Source: Squalus acanthias (lineage: Eukaryota). From it: a stretch of 64,000 bases of DNA. Shown in pieces: positions 25,946 to 39,120 of this stretch. The position numbers and the translations under genes are program-made. The notes beneath the pieces are model-generated. The model ran no database searches and was not told the DNA's origin. It saw nothing but the letters and a program-made list of their open reading frames with translations. The stretch's first letter is position 1, and each line of letters opens with the position of its first letter. The stretch is from the NCBI GenBank assembly GCA_030390025.1, contig CM059432.1:74216001-74280000 (forward strand). Direction: 5' to 3'.

Positions 25946-27090
25946 TTCTTTCCTACCTTCTGAACTTAAAACCTGACTGAGTTTTGTTTTGTGTTTCCGC
26001 TGCTCCTGTTTGCATCTGTATTGAGTGTCTGGGAAAAGACCCGATCCTAGCTGTGGCGCTCAGGAGCAGAACTGAATTCAGTCTGCCCATTCTGTGAGCT
26101 TTTTGTGTCCTTCTTTCCCCTTAAGTCTTGGATACTCCCAAAATCAATATATTACAACAAAAAAAATCTATTTGAGTGAAACCTCAATTTTTTTTCACTC
26201 TCCCCTCAAACAAAAATAGATATGAAAAACTTGCAAATATGATTCCTGTAAACAAAATTGAATGAATATTTGATCTATCTCTGTATTGATGGGTCAAAGG
26301 CCTGAGCCATAATTTCTTACCCACGTGGACACATTTCACTGCATAGTGCTTGCTTCAGAAAAGAAACAAGCTGGAATTGATTGCTAATTAATGCTAGTTC
26401 ATTTTTGCTCAGTCTGGTATTCTGTGGTGGGATAGCATTGTGCAACCTTGTGGCATTTGCTCAAAGAAGCATTGTTGGGATTTGTTGCCATTGTTTAGAC
26501 TGTTTTATGCAGGACTTTGAAAATCTCAAACAATAAGGACTACACCTATAGTAAGTTACTTTGATGGCATTTCATTAAAATATATCCCATAGATGCTTTA
26601 CGGTGTCTTGATATAGTACTGAACAAGTTTACAAGATACTCCGTATTTTGATTGCAAACCACTTCCTCCATAAGAACTACTGCAATATGCAAATTATACA
26701 AGGAAACCATCTAAATAGCTAGGGCTAAAGAGTGAAGCAAACTGACAGTGTGATAAAGATTACTGGTTTTAAACAGATAACTAATTTGTACATGCAGTAG
26801 TTTAGATTTTGACTGCTCACTTGATTTAGACCTAATTAGAAAATCAGTGTGAAAATTATGTTCTGTTCCCATTTTCTACATTTTTAATGCCCTTTCCCTC
26901 AGTTCCACTGCATTATTCCCTTGCAGGAGAGTACATAGGTCAACTTGTCCCGATCTTCAGTCAGTGGTGCTGCTAAGGCACCTGTGAAGTTGTTTGTGAG
27001 GAGTATGCGATTATAAGCATGCATGTATGTATGTCTGTCTATAATATATTCAGATTTGCAGCAGTGTTTGTTATTAAAACATTTTTTTAG

Positions 27091-27150
27091 GAGCCTGCAG
27101 CTGGTCCAGTTACCGAGAAGATCATGAGCATGCGACTAGTAAAGAAAACT
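27091..27150 (+). CDS. CHD7: CHD7 coding exon (approx. exon 6), start of chromodomain 1: EPAAGPVTEKIMSMRLVKKT
   Basis: ttttttAG acceptor, GTAAGT donor, 60 nt, phase 0-0. GPV.EKIMS.R.VKK motif. Confidence 0.9.
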
Positions 27151-27946
27151 GTAAGTATTAAAATGTTCTTGTTTTAAAGTGTAGCGTATGGGGAATAATT
27201 GACTAACTGGTCTTTTCATAATTCTCAATTTTCAGTCTGAAGTACAGATATTTGATCTGTCAGTAACAGCTGGCAGCCATGTAACAGTAGCAATACAGAA
27301 TTTGAGCGTATTTAAATCCTTTTAGCGGCTGTTGATTATATGGAGTGACTGCAATTTAGTATTCTGAATGGCTGGCCATATACTGAAAATGCATCAATGT
27401 AAAATGTACTTGTACTACAACAATAATATATAATTCTGGGTTTACTAGCTTCTGTTTGAATTAAAAATTTTCACTGGTAAAGTAGGGGCCAAATTTTAAA
27501 TTGTAACACTTTTTGAGATTAGTTTTTAAGATTGCCAACAATAATACATGTGGCTTCCAGTAGTGCAGCTGCAAACTGGCTGCTGCCTCAGGAAATGGTA
27601 CATTTGGCATCTGCTTAACGCTGTGGGTTTGGCAGGAAGCCAGGTCGAGGTCAGGTTATTGTGAATGGAGTAGCTGGTGGTTAAGGAGGAGATAAAATGA
27701 TTCATGAGTTGGTTGACACAGTAAGCAGAGTAGTTGGAATTGATAGCTTTTTGTAGGGGTATTGCAGGGGAAAAAAGTAATCCCCGCCAAAGGAAACTTT
27801 TGGTGTTCTTTTCTTTCTAATTCTACTTAAGCACATTACAACTGTGTCCCTAACCACTTCATAGTAGTGAAGTGCCTGGAGATTTAAATGACAGTGACAA
27901 ATGATTTGTGTTCGCATCAGATTCTAAAATGTGCTTGTGATTTCAG

Positions 27947-28002
27947 ACCGAGTCTGGAGAAGAGGTGGAAGTAGAAGAATTATTTGTCAAATACAAAAAC
28001 TA
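27947..28002 (+). CDS. CHD7: CHD7 coding exon (approx. exon 7), chromodomain 1: TESGEEVEVEELFVKYKN(Y)
   Basis: tttcAG acceptor, GTAAGT donor, 56 nt (phase 0 to 2). ESGEEVE.EE..VKYKN motif. Confidence 0.93.
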
Positions 28003-28564
28003 GTAAGTATTTTTGTAGGTTAAGTTTAAAGCTGAAATGCTACATTGGTATTCTTTCCCCACATTAGTGACACTGTACCATAAAGTAGATTAATGAAAAT
28101 TATGTCCTTGTGAAGCTCATAAGGGTTCCTGCCCTGAGCATGATTTTGGGAGGTACTGAGTGGAAAAAATAAGTACCCTCAGGCTCAATTTGTGTGCCTC
28201 TCAATGTTCTCATGAAAGCCTTGGTGGCTACCTCATATTAATTGAGAAACTTACTACATGTTTTGCACCTACGTATCTCTTATAATTATCTCCAATATCA
28301 TTTTCATAAACATTTAACAAATTGCAAATGAACAGGTAGGAAACATACCAATGAGCAAGTAACAAAAATAAACAAAAACTGCCCATCAAGAAGCACCAAA
28401 GAGATAGGAAATAAACAATAAAATAGCAGCAGCAAACGGCAATAAAATTAACAAGGAGCAGAAGGGAGATTAATTAAATCACTCCCAAAAAAAAACACTT
28501 TTTGGCTGCCATCTTCTGTCAATAACCAGCAGTTTTCGTATTAAAAATAAGGTCTCTAACATAT

Positions 28565-28950
28565 GTGAAATATAAATAGAAAATGCTGGAAGTACTCAGC
28601 CGGTCAGGCAGCATCTGTGGAGAGAGAAACAGAGTTAACATTTCAGGTCTGTGACCTTCAGAACTGGAAAATGTTACAGATGTAACAGGTTTTAAGCAAG
28701 TACAGAGGCAGGGAAAGGGGTGAGGGAGGGGAGGAAAGAACAAAAGGGAAGGTCTGTGATAGGGTGGAAGGCTGGAGAGATTTAATGAACTGCAGAATCA
28801 TTACCAGCATCTGGTGTCTGGAAAAAAATGGGAGCAGTGGTTATGATCTGAAATGGTTGAACTCAATGTTGCGCCCGGAAGGCTGTAAAGTGGCTCCACT
28901 GTAGTTGACCGGAATTAAAGGTAGATTTCCAGCATCTGCATTATTTTGCC
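28565..28950 (-). mobile_element. Penelope-like element 3' end with short inverted pseudo-LTR piece
   Basis: Minus strand encodes TLQPSGRNIEFNHFRS* (Penelope ORF C-terminus) and a degenerate hammerhead-like CTGAAGGTCACAGACCTGAAATGTT. Right end GATTTCCAGCATCTGCATTATTTTGC is pLTR sequence in the opposite orientation. Confidence 0.7.
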
Positions 28951-29537
28951 TTTAATGATGTGAATTGTGTAATTTTTTAAACTTGCCTATAGAGTGTGTT
29001 TTGTGCATGTGAAACTTTTACATAAATGTTTCCATTCAGAGCTTTTTCACTGTCTTGGAAGCATGGTGTTTCATCATGTTGAGTTCCTTGGGTCCCCGAG
29101 TAAAGGGGTTTGGGCAAGTAGCAGACTCTCAAAATGTGCCAGTGTCACACTGCATGTCACACCAATGGACTACAAATGCACCAGTGCACATGTGCATGTC
29201 GCTCTGAGACGCATCCCTCCCCAGAATGCAGACTAAGGCTGCCTTTTTCTTCAGTCTAAAACAGTAATGTGCAGGTGGGTGAGGCTTACAAACCTGGAGA
29301 ATTTGAACATGGGTCTAACAGGTGGTGTTAAACATGGTGTCAAGCCCAGTTCTTGCTCCTTCCCAAATTATTTTTGATAATGGTGTTGGCTATTTGACAA
29401 CCCCTTTCCTTGTAAAGGGTGTGTTGGAAAATAGTAAGTGTTCCTTTTAACATTGAATAATTGAGGTTTTCCTTATCTTGTTTTTCTAAGCAAAATAGCT
29501 CAAATGTTTGCATTTATATGTATATAAACAAGTATAA

Positions 29538-30819
29538 TAATGAATAGTCAGCATGGATTTCAAAAGGGAAAATCTTGGCTTGACCAAACTTATTGAATTT
29601 TTTGAAGAGGTAAGAGAGAGAGTAGACAATGGTAATGCAGTAGATGTCATTTATCTAGATATTCAAAATGCCTTCGGTAAGGTACCCCATAATAGACTAA
29701 TGAATGAGGTCAGAGAATGCGGAGTCAGGGGACAAGTAGCAGAATGGATTGCTAGCTGGCTTCAAGACAGAAAGCAGAGAGTGGGAGTAAAGGGTAGCTA
29801 TTCACAGTGGCAGAAGGTGGGTAGTGGTGTTCCGCAAGGACCAGTGCTGTTCACAATTTACATTAACAATTTAGACTTTGGAATCAAAAACACAATTTCT
29901 AAATTTGCGGATACCACCAAATTGGGGGGGATAGTCAATACTGAGGAGGACTGCAACAAATTACAGGAGGACATTAATAAACTTGCAGAATGGGCAAATA
30001 ATTGGCAAATGAAGTTCAACACAGACAAATGTGAGGTATTACATTTTGGTAGGAAGAATAGGGAAGTCACTTATTACTTGGAGGGTGGGAGTCTAGGTGG
30101 GGTAGAGGAATAAAGGGATCTCGGAGTACAAATACACAAATCACTAAAAGTTGTGCCACAGGTTAGCAAGGCCATTAAAAATGCAAACCAAGCACTAGAG
30201 GGATAGAATTGAAAAGTAGGGAAGTTATGCTAAACCTGTATTGAACCTTGGTTAGACCACACTTGGGGTACTACGTGCAGTTCTGGTCACCATATTCTAA
30301 AAAGGATATAGAGACACTGGAGAGGGTGCAGAGAAGATTTCCAAGGATGATACCAGAAATACGAGGGTATACATATCAGGAAAGGATGGGACAGGTTGGG
30401 TCTCTTTTCTCTTGAAAAAAGGCTGAGGGGGTGACCTAACAGAGGTCTTTAAAATTTTGAAAGGTTTTGATAGAGTGGATACAGTTAGAATGTTTGCACT
30501 TGTGGGGAAGAGCATAACTAGAGGCCATCAATATAAGATAGTCACCAAGAAATCCAATAGGGAATTCAGAAGAAACTTCTTTACCCAAAGAGTGGTGAGA
30601 ATGTGGAACTCGCTACCACAGGGAGTGTTGAAGCAAATAGTATAGATGCATTTAAGGGGAGGCTGGACAAACATGAGGGAGAAGGGAATAGAGGGTTACG
30701 CTGATAGATTTAGATGAGGAAAGACGGGAGGAGGCTCGAGTGGAGCATAAACGCCGGCATGGACTGGTTGGGCCAAATGGCCTGTTTCTGTGGTGTATAC
30801 CCTATGTATTCCTATGTAA
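29538..30819 (+). mobile_element. CR1 LINE, 5'-truncated
   Basis: VDVIYLDIQNAFGKVPHNRL, SGVPQG, SKFADTTKLG and RNFFTQRVV. (CCTATGTA)2 tail. Confidence 0.92.
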
Positions 30820-32250
30820 TATGCTATCTTTTCAAATATCTTGAAGTGCTTGAGAAAATATATTACTTTTGAAGTGCAGTGATTTGCTTATAAAAAATCT
30901 ATGGCTGGCTTTAAAAACTCTTTAAAGTGTTAGCAGCGGTTTTTGGTTTCACTCCACATGACATTTTACACCACAAGCCTGCCACATATAATAATGGCCT
31001 CCTGTCTCAGGCGATCCAAGATCAATATTGCTTACTTAGGGATGACGGTGCTAATATGAGTAAGTTTAGGGAAACCAGTAAGTTAGTGTAATTGGAATCT
31101 GCACTGATAGAATCATAGAAATTTCAGTTGAAGGCATTTTGCCTTTTGTGCTGTGATCGTGATCTGCCATACTTGTACTGGGTTCTGTCCAGACCAGCTG
31201 ATCTATGTCCATCAGTTCATAGAGCGAGGTATCAGTGCTGCCCACTACTGGCCACAGGTTATCTTCCTCTACTTCCTCCTACTGTTTTGCGCTTCGTATC
31301 AAAGGGCAAGGCATTGAAGGTAGAATTCTGCCCATCAATTAGCTAACACAGCACAGATCAGATATTGAACCAAGGATTTGTTGGTCTACATGCCTTAGTA
31401 CATGTACAGTACATGTGTGCAAAGTGTCTTTTTCATTAAGGATGCTGAAATGCAATGGCAGAATAATAAAGTTGCTCAGCATTTAGATACTTCTATGTAA
31501 AATAGCTTGGAGTGGAGCAATCCTAATTTTACTAAGTATGAAGGAGCCTTTTCATGCACATAAGTAGATTTACTTGAACGTAAAGGGCAGAGAATTATTC
31601 CTGTAAGAGATATTAATCTAGCTTTATCTGAGGCAGTCTACCCATGTTCTGAATCTGCAGCTACCTGAATCAGGTTTTTTGATTTTTTTTTGGAGCCTTT
31701 ATTTGTCATGGAGGCCACTGAGCTTTAATTGTTGGTTATAGATTTCTCACGATAATACTAAAAATGAGATCCATTATTATAAATCAATAATTTAACAATT
31801 TTAAGATTTACCTTCCTCTAAGAAAATGTGTTAACAGACTTATGAGTAACAGGTTGGCAACTACCATATATTAGGTTATTTCCCCTGTTTTGTGATTGAA
31901 AGCCCCTTATTTGGAGAACCGGTATTTCCCTTTTTATGTTTATTTGCCTTTGACTACATAACTAGTTGTGGCGTTCTGAAAAATAATTCCCTCTGTGAAG
32001 ACTGAGACGTTGCATTAATATGATTAGGCATGTATGAATGCTTATTTCTGTACCCTTTTATTTGTTCTAATACATTCTAGAGGAATTAAAACATTCTCCC
32101 CACCCCCAGGAAAGTACAATTAAGCTGTTATTGCTTCTAGCATCAAATTATAAATGAGATCCATTGTATGTAATAATGGAATATTTCATAGTTTTGCTTG
32201 GTGATGTGGACTCACTCAATCCTAGTTATTTTTTTCCCCCCTCTGTTCAG

Positions 32251-32368
32251 TTCTTACCTTCATTGTCAGTGGACCACAGTGGAGCAGCTGGCAAAGGACA
32301 AGAGAATTCATCAGAAGATTAAACGCTTCAAAGCAAAGCAGGCACAAATGAATAAATTTCTCACTGAG
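32251..32368 (+). CDS. CHD7: CHD7 coding exon (approx. exon 8): [39 protein letters not shown]
   Basis: Pyrimidine tract + ttcAG, GAG|GTCAGC donor, 118 nt (phase 2 to 0). Joins the previous exon as TA|T = Tyr. Confidence 0.95.
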
Positions 32369-32774
32369 GTCAGCAATTGCTCCATTTTTATAGAAGATCG
32401 GTTGATCTACCAGGGTGTTGCTCAGAGATAAAACATTTTATAAAACTCATTTTTAACTTGTTTTCCATTGTTACGTTCTTTGTCTTCCATACACTCATAC
32501 ATTTTCCTTTGTCAGTATCTTTATCCCTAATTTTCTATTTATCTTTCCTGCCTCTTTCTGTAAGTCTCTCCTTTGTTATATCTCCTCTCTACCTGTTGTC
32601 TGTTATCTTCCCTGTTTGTTTTACTTGCCCTTTGCTCACATGTCCACACTTGCTCTCTCGTGCGATCACTTATGCCCTCCCTCTGTCTTTCATTCCCTCT
32701 CTCTATCTCTCTCTCTCTCCCTCTGCCTGCATCTCTCCTCCTTCCATCTGCTTGCATCTCTCCTCCCTCCCTCT

Positions 32775-34255
32775 CATAAGAACAAAAGAAATAGGAGCAG
32801 GAGTAGGCCATGTGGCCTCTCGAGCCTGCTCCGCCATTTAATAAGATCATGGCTAAACTTCTACATCAACTCCACTTTCCCGCCCCATCCCCATATCCCT
32901 CGATTCCCTTAGTGTCCAAAAATCTATCGATCTCAGTCTTGAATATACTCATTGACTGAGCATCCGCAGCCCTCTGGGGTAGAGAATTCCAAAGATTCAC
33001 AACACTGAGTGAAGAAATTTCTCCTCATCTCAGTCCTAAATGTCCAACCCATTATCCTGAGACTATGACCCCTAGTTCTAGACTCTCCAGCCAGGGGAAA
33101 CAGCCTCTCAGCATCTATCCTGTCAAGCCCTCTAAGAATGTTATATGTTGCAGTGAGATCACCTCTCATTCTTCTAAATTCCAGAGAGTATAGGCCCATT
33201 CTACTCAATCTCTCTTCCTCTCATCCAATCCAGTGGACCTTCATTGCATCCCCTCCAAGGCAAGTATATCTTTCCTTGGGTAAGGAGACCAAAACTGTGC
33301 ACAGTACTCAAGGTGTAGTCTCACCAAAGCCCTATATAATTACAGCAAGAGTTCCTTACTGTTGCACTCCAACCCCCTTGCAATAAAGATTAACATACCA
33401 TTTGCTTTCCTATTTGCTTGCTGTACCTGCATGTTAACTTTCTGTGATTCATGTACAAGGACACCCAAATCCCTCTGAATACCAACATTTACTGGTCTCT
33501 CACCATTTAAAAAATATTCTGCTTTTCCATTCTTCCTAACAAAGGGGATAATTTCACACTTCCCCACATTATACTCCATCTGCACCCTTCTTGCCCAATC
33601 ACTTAACCGGTCTATAACCTATTGCAACCTCTTTACATCCTCCTCACAGCTTACTTTCCCACCTAGCTTTGTATCATCAGCAAACTTGGATACATTACAC
33701 TCGGTCCCCTCATCTAAGTCATTGGTATAGTCTGTAAATAGCTGAGACTCAAGCACTGATCCTTGTGGCACTCCCTGTCATGCCAAATATGACCTGTTTA
33801 TTCATACTCTCTGTTGTCTGTCCATAAACCAATCCTCAATCCATGCTAATCATCCTATGAGCCGTAATCTCGTCTAACAACCTCTTGAGTGGCACCTTAT
33901 CGAATGCCTTCTAAAAATACAAATATACTACATTCACTGGTTCCTTCTTATCTACCCTACTAGTTACACCCTCAAAATACTCCAATAGATTTGTCAAAGA
34001 TGATTTCTCTTTCATAAAACCATGTTGACTCTGCCTAATCATATTGTGATTTTTTCCAAGTGCCCTGTTACCACGTCCCTAATAGTGGATTCCAGCATTT
34101 TCCCTACTAATGATGTCAGGCTAACTGGCCTGTAGTTCCCCGTTTTCTTTTTCCCTCCTTTCTTGAATAGCGGTGTTATATTTGCTACCTTCCAATCTAC
34201 AGGGACCTTTCTAGAATCTAGCCACCTCTTTTAAAACCCTAGGGTGTAAGCCATC
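32775..34255 (-). mobile_element. CR1 LINE, 5'-truncated, internally deleted
   Basis: GLYSLEFRRMRGDL and QRDLGVLVHESQKV; CR1 3' UTR with TTCTTATG tail. Same subfamily as 60051-63268. Confidence 0.92.
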
Positions 34256-36677
34256 ATCTCCTCCCTCCCTCCCTCCCTCTGCCTGCCCCTCTCCTCCCCC
34301 CCTCCTCTCCCTCCCTCCCTTTGCCTGGCTCTCTCCTCACCCCTCCTCCCTCCCTCTGCCTCCCTCCCTCCCTCCCTCCCTCCCTCTCCCTCCCTCCCTC
34401 CCTCCCTCTGCCTGCCTCCCTCCCTCCCTCCCTCCCTCCCTCTGCCTGCCTCCCTCCCTCCCTCTGCCTGCCTCCCTCCCTCCCTCTGCCTGCCTCCCTC
34501 CCTCCCTCCCTCCCTCCCTCTGCCTGCCTCTCCTCCCTCCCTCCCTCTACCTGCCTCTATTCTCTCCTCTCCCTCCCTTTGCCTGGCTCTCTCCTCACCC
34601 CTCCTCCCTCCCTCTGCCTCCCTCCCTCCCTCTGCCTCCCTCCCTCCCTCTGCCTCCCTCCCTCCCTCTGCCTCCCTCCCTCCCTCTGCCTCCCTCCCTC
34701 CCTCTGCCTCCCTCCCTCCCTCTGCCTCCCTCCCTCCCTCCGCCTCCCTCCCTCCCTCCCTCCCTCCCTCCCTCCCTCCCTCCCTCCCTCCCTCCCTCCC
34801 TCCCTCCCTCTGCCTGCCTCTCTCCCTCTGCCTCTGCCTGGCTCTCTCCTCACACCTCCTCCCTCCCTCTGCCTGGCTCTCTCCTCACACCTCCTCCCTC
34901 CCTCTGCCTGCCCCTCTCCTTCCCCCTCCCTCTGCCTGTCTCTCTTCCCTCTCCCCCTCCCTCCGCCAGCCTCTCTCCTCCCTCCCTCTGTCTGCCCCCT
35001 CCTCCCTCCCTCTGTCTGCCCCCTCCTCCCTCCCTCTGTCTGCCCCCTCCTCCCTCCCTCCCCCATCTCCCTCCCTCCCTCCCTCCCTCCTCCCCCTCCC
35101 TCCCTCCCTCCTCCCCCTCCCTCCCTCCCTCCTCCCCCTCCCTCCCTCCCTCCTCCCCCTCCCTCCCTCCCTCCTCCCCCTCCCTCCCTCCCTCCTCCCC
35201 CTCCCTCCCTCCCTCCTCCCCCCTCCCCCTCCCTCCCTCCCTCCCTCCTCCCTCTCCCTCCCTCCCTCCTCCCTCTCCCTCCCTCCCTCCTCCCCCTCCC
35301 TCCCTCCCTCCTCCCCCTCCCTCCCTCCCTCCTCCCCCTCCCTCCCTCCCTCCTCCCCCTCCCTCCCTCCCTCCTCCCCCTCCCTCCCTCCCTCCTCCCC
35401 CTCCCTCCCTCCCTCCTCCCCCTCCCTCCCTCCTCCCCCTCCCTCCCTCCTCCCCCTCCCTCCCTCCTCCCCCTCCCTCCCTCCTCCCCCTCCCTCCCTC
35501 CCTCCTCCCCCTCCCTCCCCCCTCCCCCTCCCTCCCTCCCTCCCTCCCCCCCCCTTTCCTCCCCTTCCTCCCTCTGCCTGGCTCTCTCCTCACCCCTCCA
35601 TTCCTCCCTCTGCCTGTCTCTCTTCTCACCCCTCCATTCCTCCCTCTGCCTGTCTCTCTTCTCACCCCTCCATTCCTCCCTCTGCCTGTCTCTCTTCCTT
35701 CTCCCCCTCCCTTTGCCGGCCTCTCTTCTCCCTCCCTCTGCCTGCCTCTATCCTCTCCCCCCCCCCCCCCCTTCCTCCCTCTGCCTGGCTCTCTCCTCAC
35801 CCCTCCATCCCCCCCTCTGCCTGCCCCCCCCCCTCCCTCTGCCTGCCTCTATCCTCCCCCTCCTCCCCTTCCTCCCTCTGCCTGCCTCTATCCTCCTCCT
35901 CCCCCCCCTCCTCCTCCCCTTCCTCCCTCTGCCTGCCCCCCTCTGCCTGCCCCCCTCCTCCCTCCCTCTGCCTGCCTCTATCCTCCCCTTCCTCCCTCTG
36001 CCTGCCTCTATCCTCCCCCTCCCTCCGCCTGCCCCCTCCTCCCTCCCTCTGCCTGCCTCTATCCTCCCCCTCCCTCTGCCTGCCCCCCTCCTCCCTCCCT
36101 CTGCCTGCCTCTATCCTCCCCCTCCCTCCCCCCTCCCTCCTCCCCTCCCTCCCTCTGCCTGCCCCCCTCCTCCCTCCCTCTGCCTGCCTCTATCCTCCCC
36201 CTCCCTCCCTCCTCCTCCCCTTCCTCCTCCTCCCCTTCCTCCCTCTGCCTGCCCCCCTCCTCCCTCCCTCTGCCTGCCTCTATCCTCCCCCTTCCTGCCT
36301 CTGCCTGCCCCCCCCTCCCTCTGCCTGCCCCCCCCCCCTCTGCCTGCCCCCCCCCCCCCCCTCTGCCTGCCCCCCCCCCCCCTCTGCCTGCCCCCCCCCC
36401 CCCTCTGCCTGCCCCCCCCCCTCCCTCTGCCTGCCCCCCTCCTCCCTCCATCTGCCTGCCTCTCTCCTCACCCCTCCCCCTGCATGGCTCTCTCCTCACC
36501 CCTCCTCCCTCCCTCTGCGTGGCTCTCTCCTCACCCCTCCATCCCTCCCTCTGCCTGGCTCTCGCCTCACCCCTCCCTCTGCCTAACACTCTCCTCACCC
36601 CTCCATCCCTCCCTCTGCCTGACACTCTCCCCTCCTTCCCTCTGTCTGCCTGCCTCTCTCCTTGCTCCTCCCCCCCA
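34256..36677. repeat. ~2.4-kb polypyrimidine low-complexity/minisatellite tract (CCCT, CCCTCTGCCT, CTCCCC units)
   Basis: Almost entirely C/T on the + strand with sub-arrays of ~18-33-bp units. Confidence 0.95.
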
Positions 36678-36819
36678 GTGGCAGGAGTGTGACTCGCCTA
36701 GGAAGGAGAAAATGTGGATGTGTAACACACGCAGCAGTAATGTGCCATGCACTCCCATCGTCCCCATCCTATCTTGAGTACAGATTGAACCAATAAGTCC
36801 TTGAATGCATTCTCACCTC

Positions 36820-38135
36820 CCATTTTTCCCACAGCTTCAGTGTCTCCAATCAGGTTACTGCCCCTGCCACAGCATTGAAACAACCCGAATCAAAGTCATA
36901 AATGAACATCCTCTGTGACTGTGGCCATGTTGCACTATTTGTTCTCGACCGTTCTACAGCCTTTGACATGGTCAGACACACTTTTCTCCTCCAATGTCTT
37001 TCCTCCATTGAACCGAGCCCTATCTTGGTTCCACTCACCTGTACAATCAGTGCCTGAGCTTCTCCAGCAATGGTTATTTTTCCCATCCCCACACTGTTAC
37101 CTTTAGAGTACCCCCAAGGATTTATCCTTGGCCCTCTTCTTTTCGTCATCTACTTGCTGCATCTTGCCGGTGTCATCCAAAGACATGGAGTCAGGTTTCA
37201 CGTGTAGGTGGACAGCATCCAGTTCGATCACTGCACCACCTGCCGCGACCCTTCCACTGCCTCTATGTTGTCAGATTGTTTGTCTGACATCAAGTCTCTG
37301 ATGAGCCTCAGTTTTCTGGAGTTAAATATTCAGAAACCTAAAGTCGTCGTCTTGGGTGCACGCTACATACTCCGTACCCTTGCCACCGATTCTATCCCCA
37401 TCTCCAACCAACCACTGTCTCTGGTGAAATCAGACAGTTTGTAACCTCGGTGTCCTATTCGACCCCAACCTGAGCTGCTTAACCTCATCTTCTTCATCAC
37501 AAAGGCCGCCCATTTCCATAATATCGCCCGCCTCCATCCCTAACTCAGCCCATCTGCTGCTGAAACACTCATTCATGCCGTTGTTACCTCGACTCAATTG
37601 TTCCAATAATCCCCTCACTGACCCTCCCATCCTCCGCCCTCCATCAGCCTCAGCTCAGCCAAAACTCTGTCGCCCATATCCTATTCCAACACCAAGTCCC
37701 CCCTCACCCCTGTCCTTCCTAACCTACATTAGCTCCCAATCCCCAACGCCTGCAATTTAAAATTCTCTTCCTGGTGTTTAAAGCCAGGCCCTCACCTCTC
37801 CCTATCTCTGTAACCTTCTCCAGCCCTACAACCTCCCCCCACCCAACCCTCAGAACACTACGTTTGTCCATCTCTAGCCTTTTGTGTGTGTCCCCACTCA
37901 TGGTGGCTGTGGCTTCAAACTGCTTGGCTCTATGATCTGGTATTCCCTCCCTAAACCTCCATGCCTCTCCACCTCTCTTCCTTTAAGACCTGCTTAAAAC
38001 CCACCTCTTTGCCCAAGCTTTTGGTCACCCCTCTTCTATCTCCTTCAGCTCAGATTTTTGTCTGCACTTCTGTGACTCACCTTGGGGAGTTTTTCTACTT
38101 TAAAGGCACTACATAAATGCAAGTTGTATTGTAAA
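36820..38135 (+). mobile_element. Degenerate L2-clade LINE fragment
   Basis: LSDCLSDIKS..S.SFLELNI.K motif; GGCACTACATAAATGCAAGTTG tail. Confidence 0.8.
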
Positions 38136-39120
38136 AGCTACAGCAATCCTGTGAGTTTACTATCTGCGCTGTCTCCAGGCTGCGGTGCATGCTATCAAAT
38201 CACTTTTATTAAATGCATCTATACTGCATATTTTGTAATGATACCAGTGTTCTGGTTTTACTCTATATCCACAAGAGTGCACTTTGCCACTGTCCCTGCA
38301 TGCTTCTGTAACCATAGCAATGACTGCTGGTGGCGGGGCTCAGAGCCTGGAGTGTGCCAAGTTATAGCAATAAAAAAAGGTGTAGCGAAAAAGATATGTC
38401 ACTGTGATTATATACCTCTGAATCTTTCTGTCGAACATAATTGGTCATTTTGTGAATAAACCGATCAGAATGGACAAGTTTCTGGGGTCTATCCGATTCC
38501 TAGTTACATCGGCCCGGATTTTGAGGGGTAATGACGGTGAACTATCAGCGTTCAACGTCATTACCCCTCTGAAACTGATCGTAACTTCAGGATGTAACAG
38601 ATGTGCAGACAAACACAGAAATCCTGAAGTTGCTGTCAGTCATTTCCTGCTCCCCCACGGGCTGCGCTGTGCAACTCCCAATAGCCAACAATCCGTGAAA
38701 TCAGTAGAACTGACGAAAACTTTCGCTTTTCCGATCTAATTACGCTGTTAAACACCCCACTAAAAATTAAGCCTTGTTGGAAGGTGTAACTGGGGTTTTG
38801 ATGGCATATTGATTGCTGAACAACTGTTCTGGCCCTGAAAAGTTTTATGTTTGTGGATTGTCAAATTTCATCATTGTGATAGAAAATTACTAGATTTTTA
38901 AAATAATAAAACATTGTTAAAGTTTGTTTGACATTTCAGAGGGAGGAGCTCTGGGGAAGGAAGGTCGGGAGGGAAGGTCAGGAGTTCGGGGTGGGGCGGG
39001 GGGGGAGGCATAAGAGCACGGAGAGAACAATGGGGATGGGGGAAGAACGTGATCCAGGTCGAAAGGTGGGGGATGAGAGTGAGAACTTGATCCAGATGGG
39101 AAGACTGATCACCATCTCCC

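Noticed and set aside
34321..36777. 818-aa Pro/Leu/Ser ORF and Gly/Arg/Glu ORFs on the opposite strand
   Set aside because: Artefacts of a low-complexity C/T tract that lacks stop codons.
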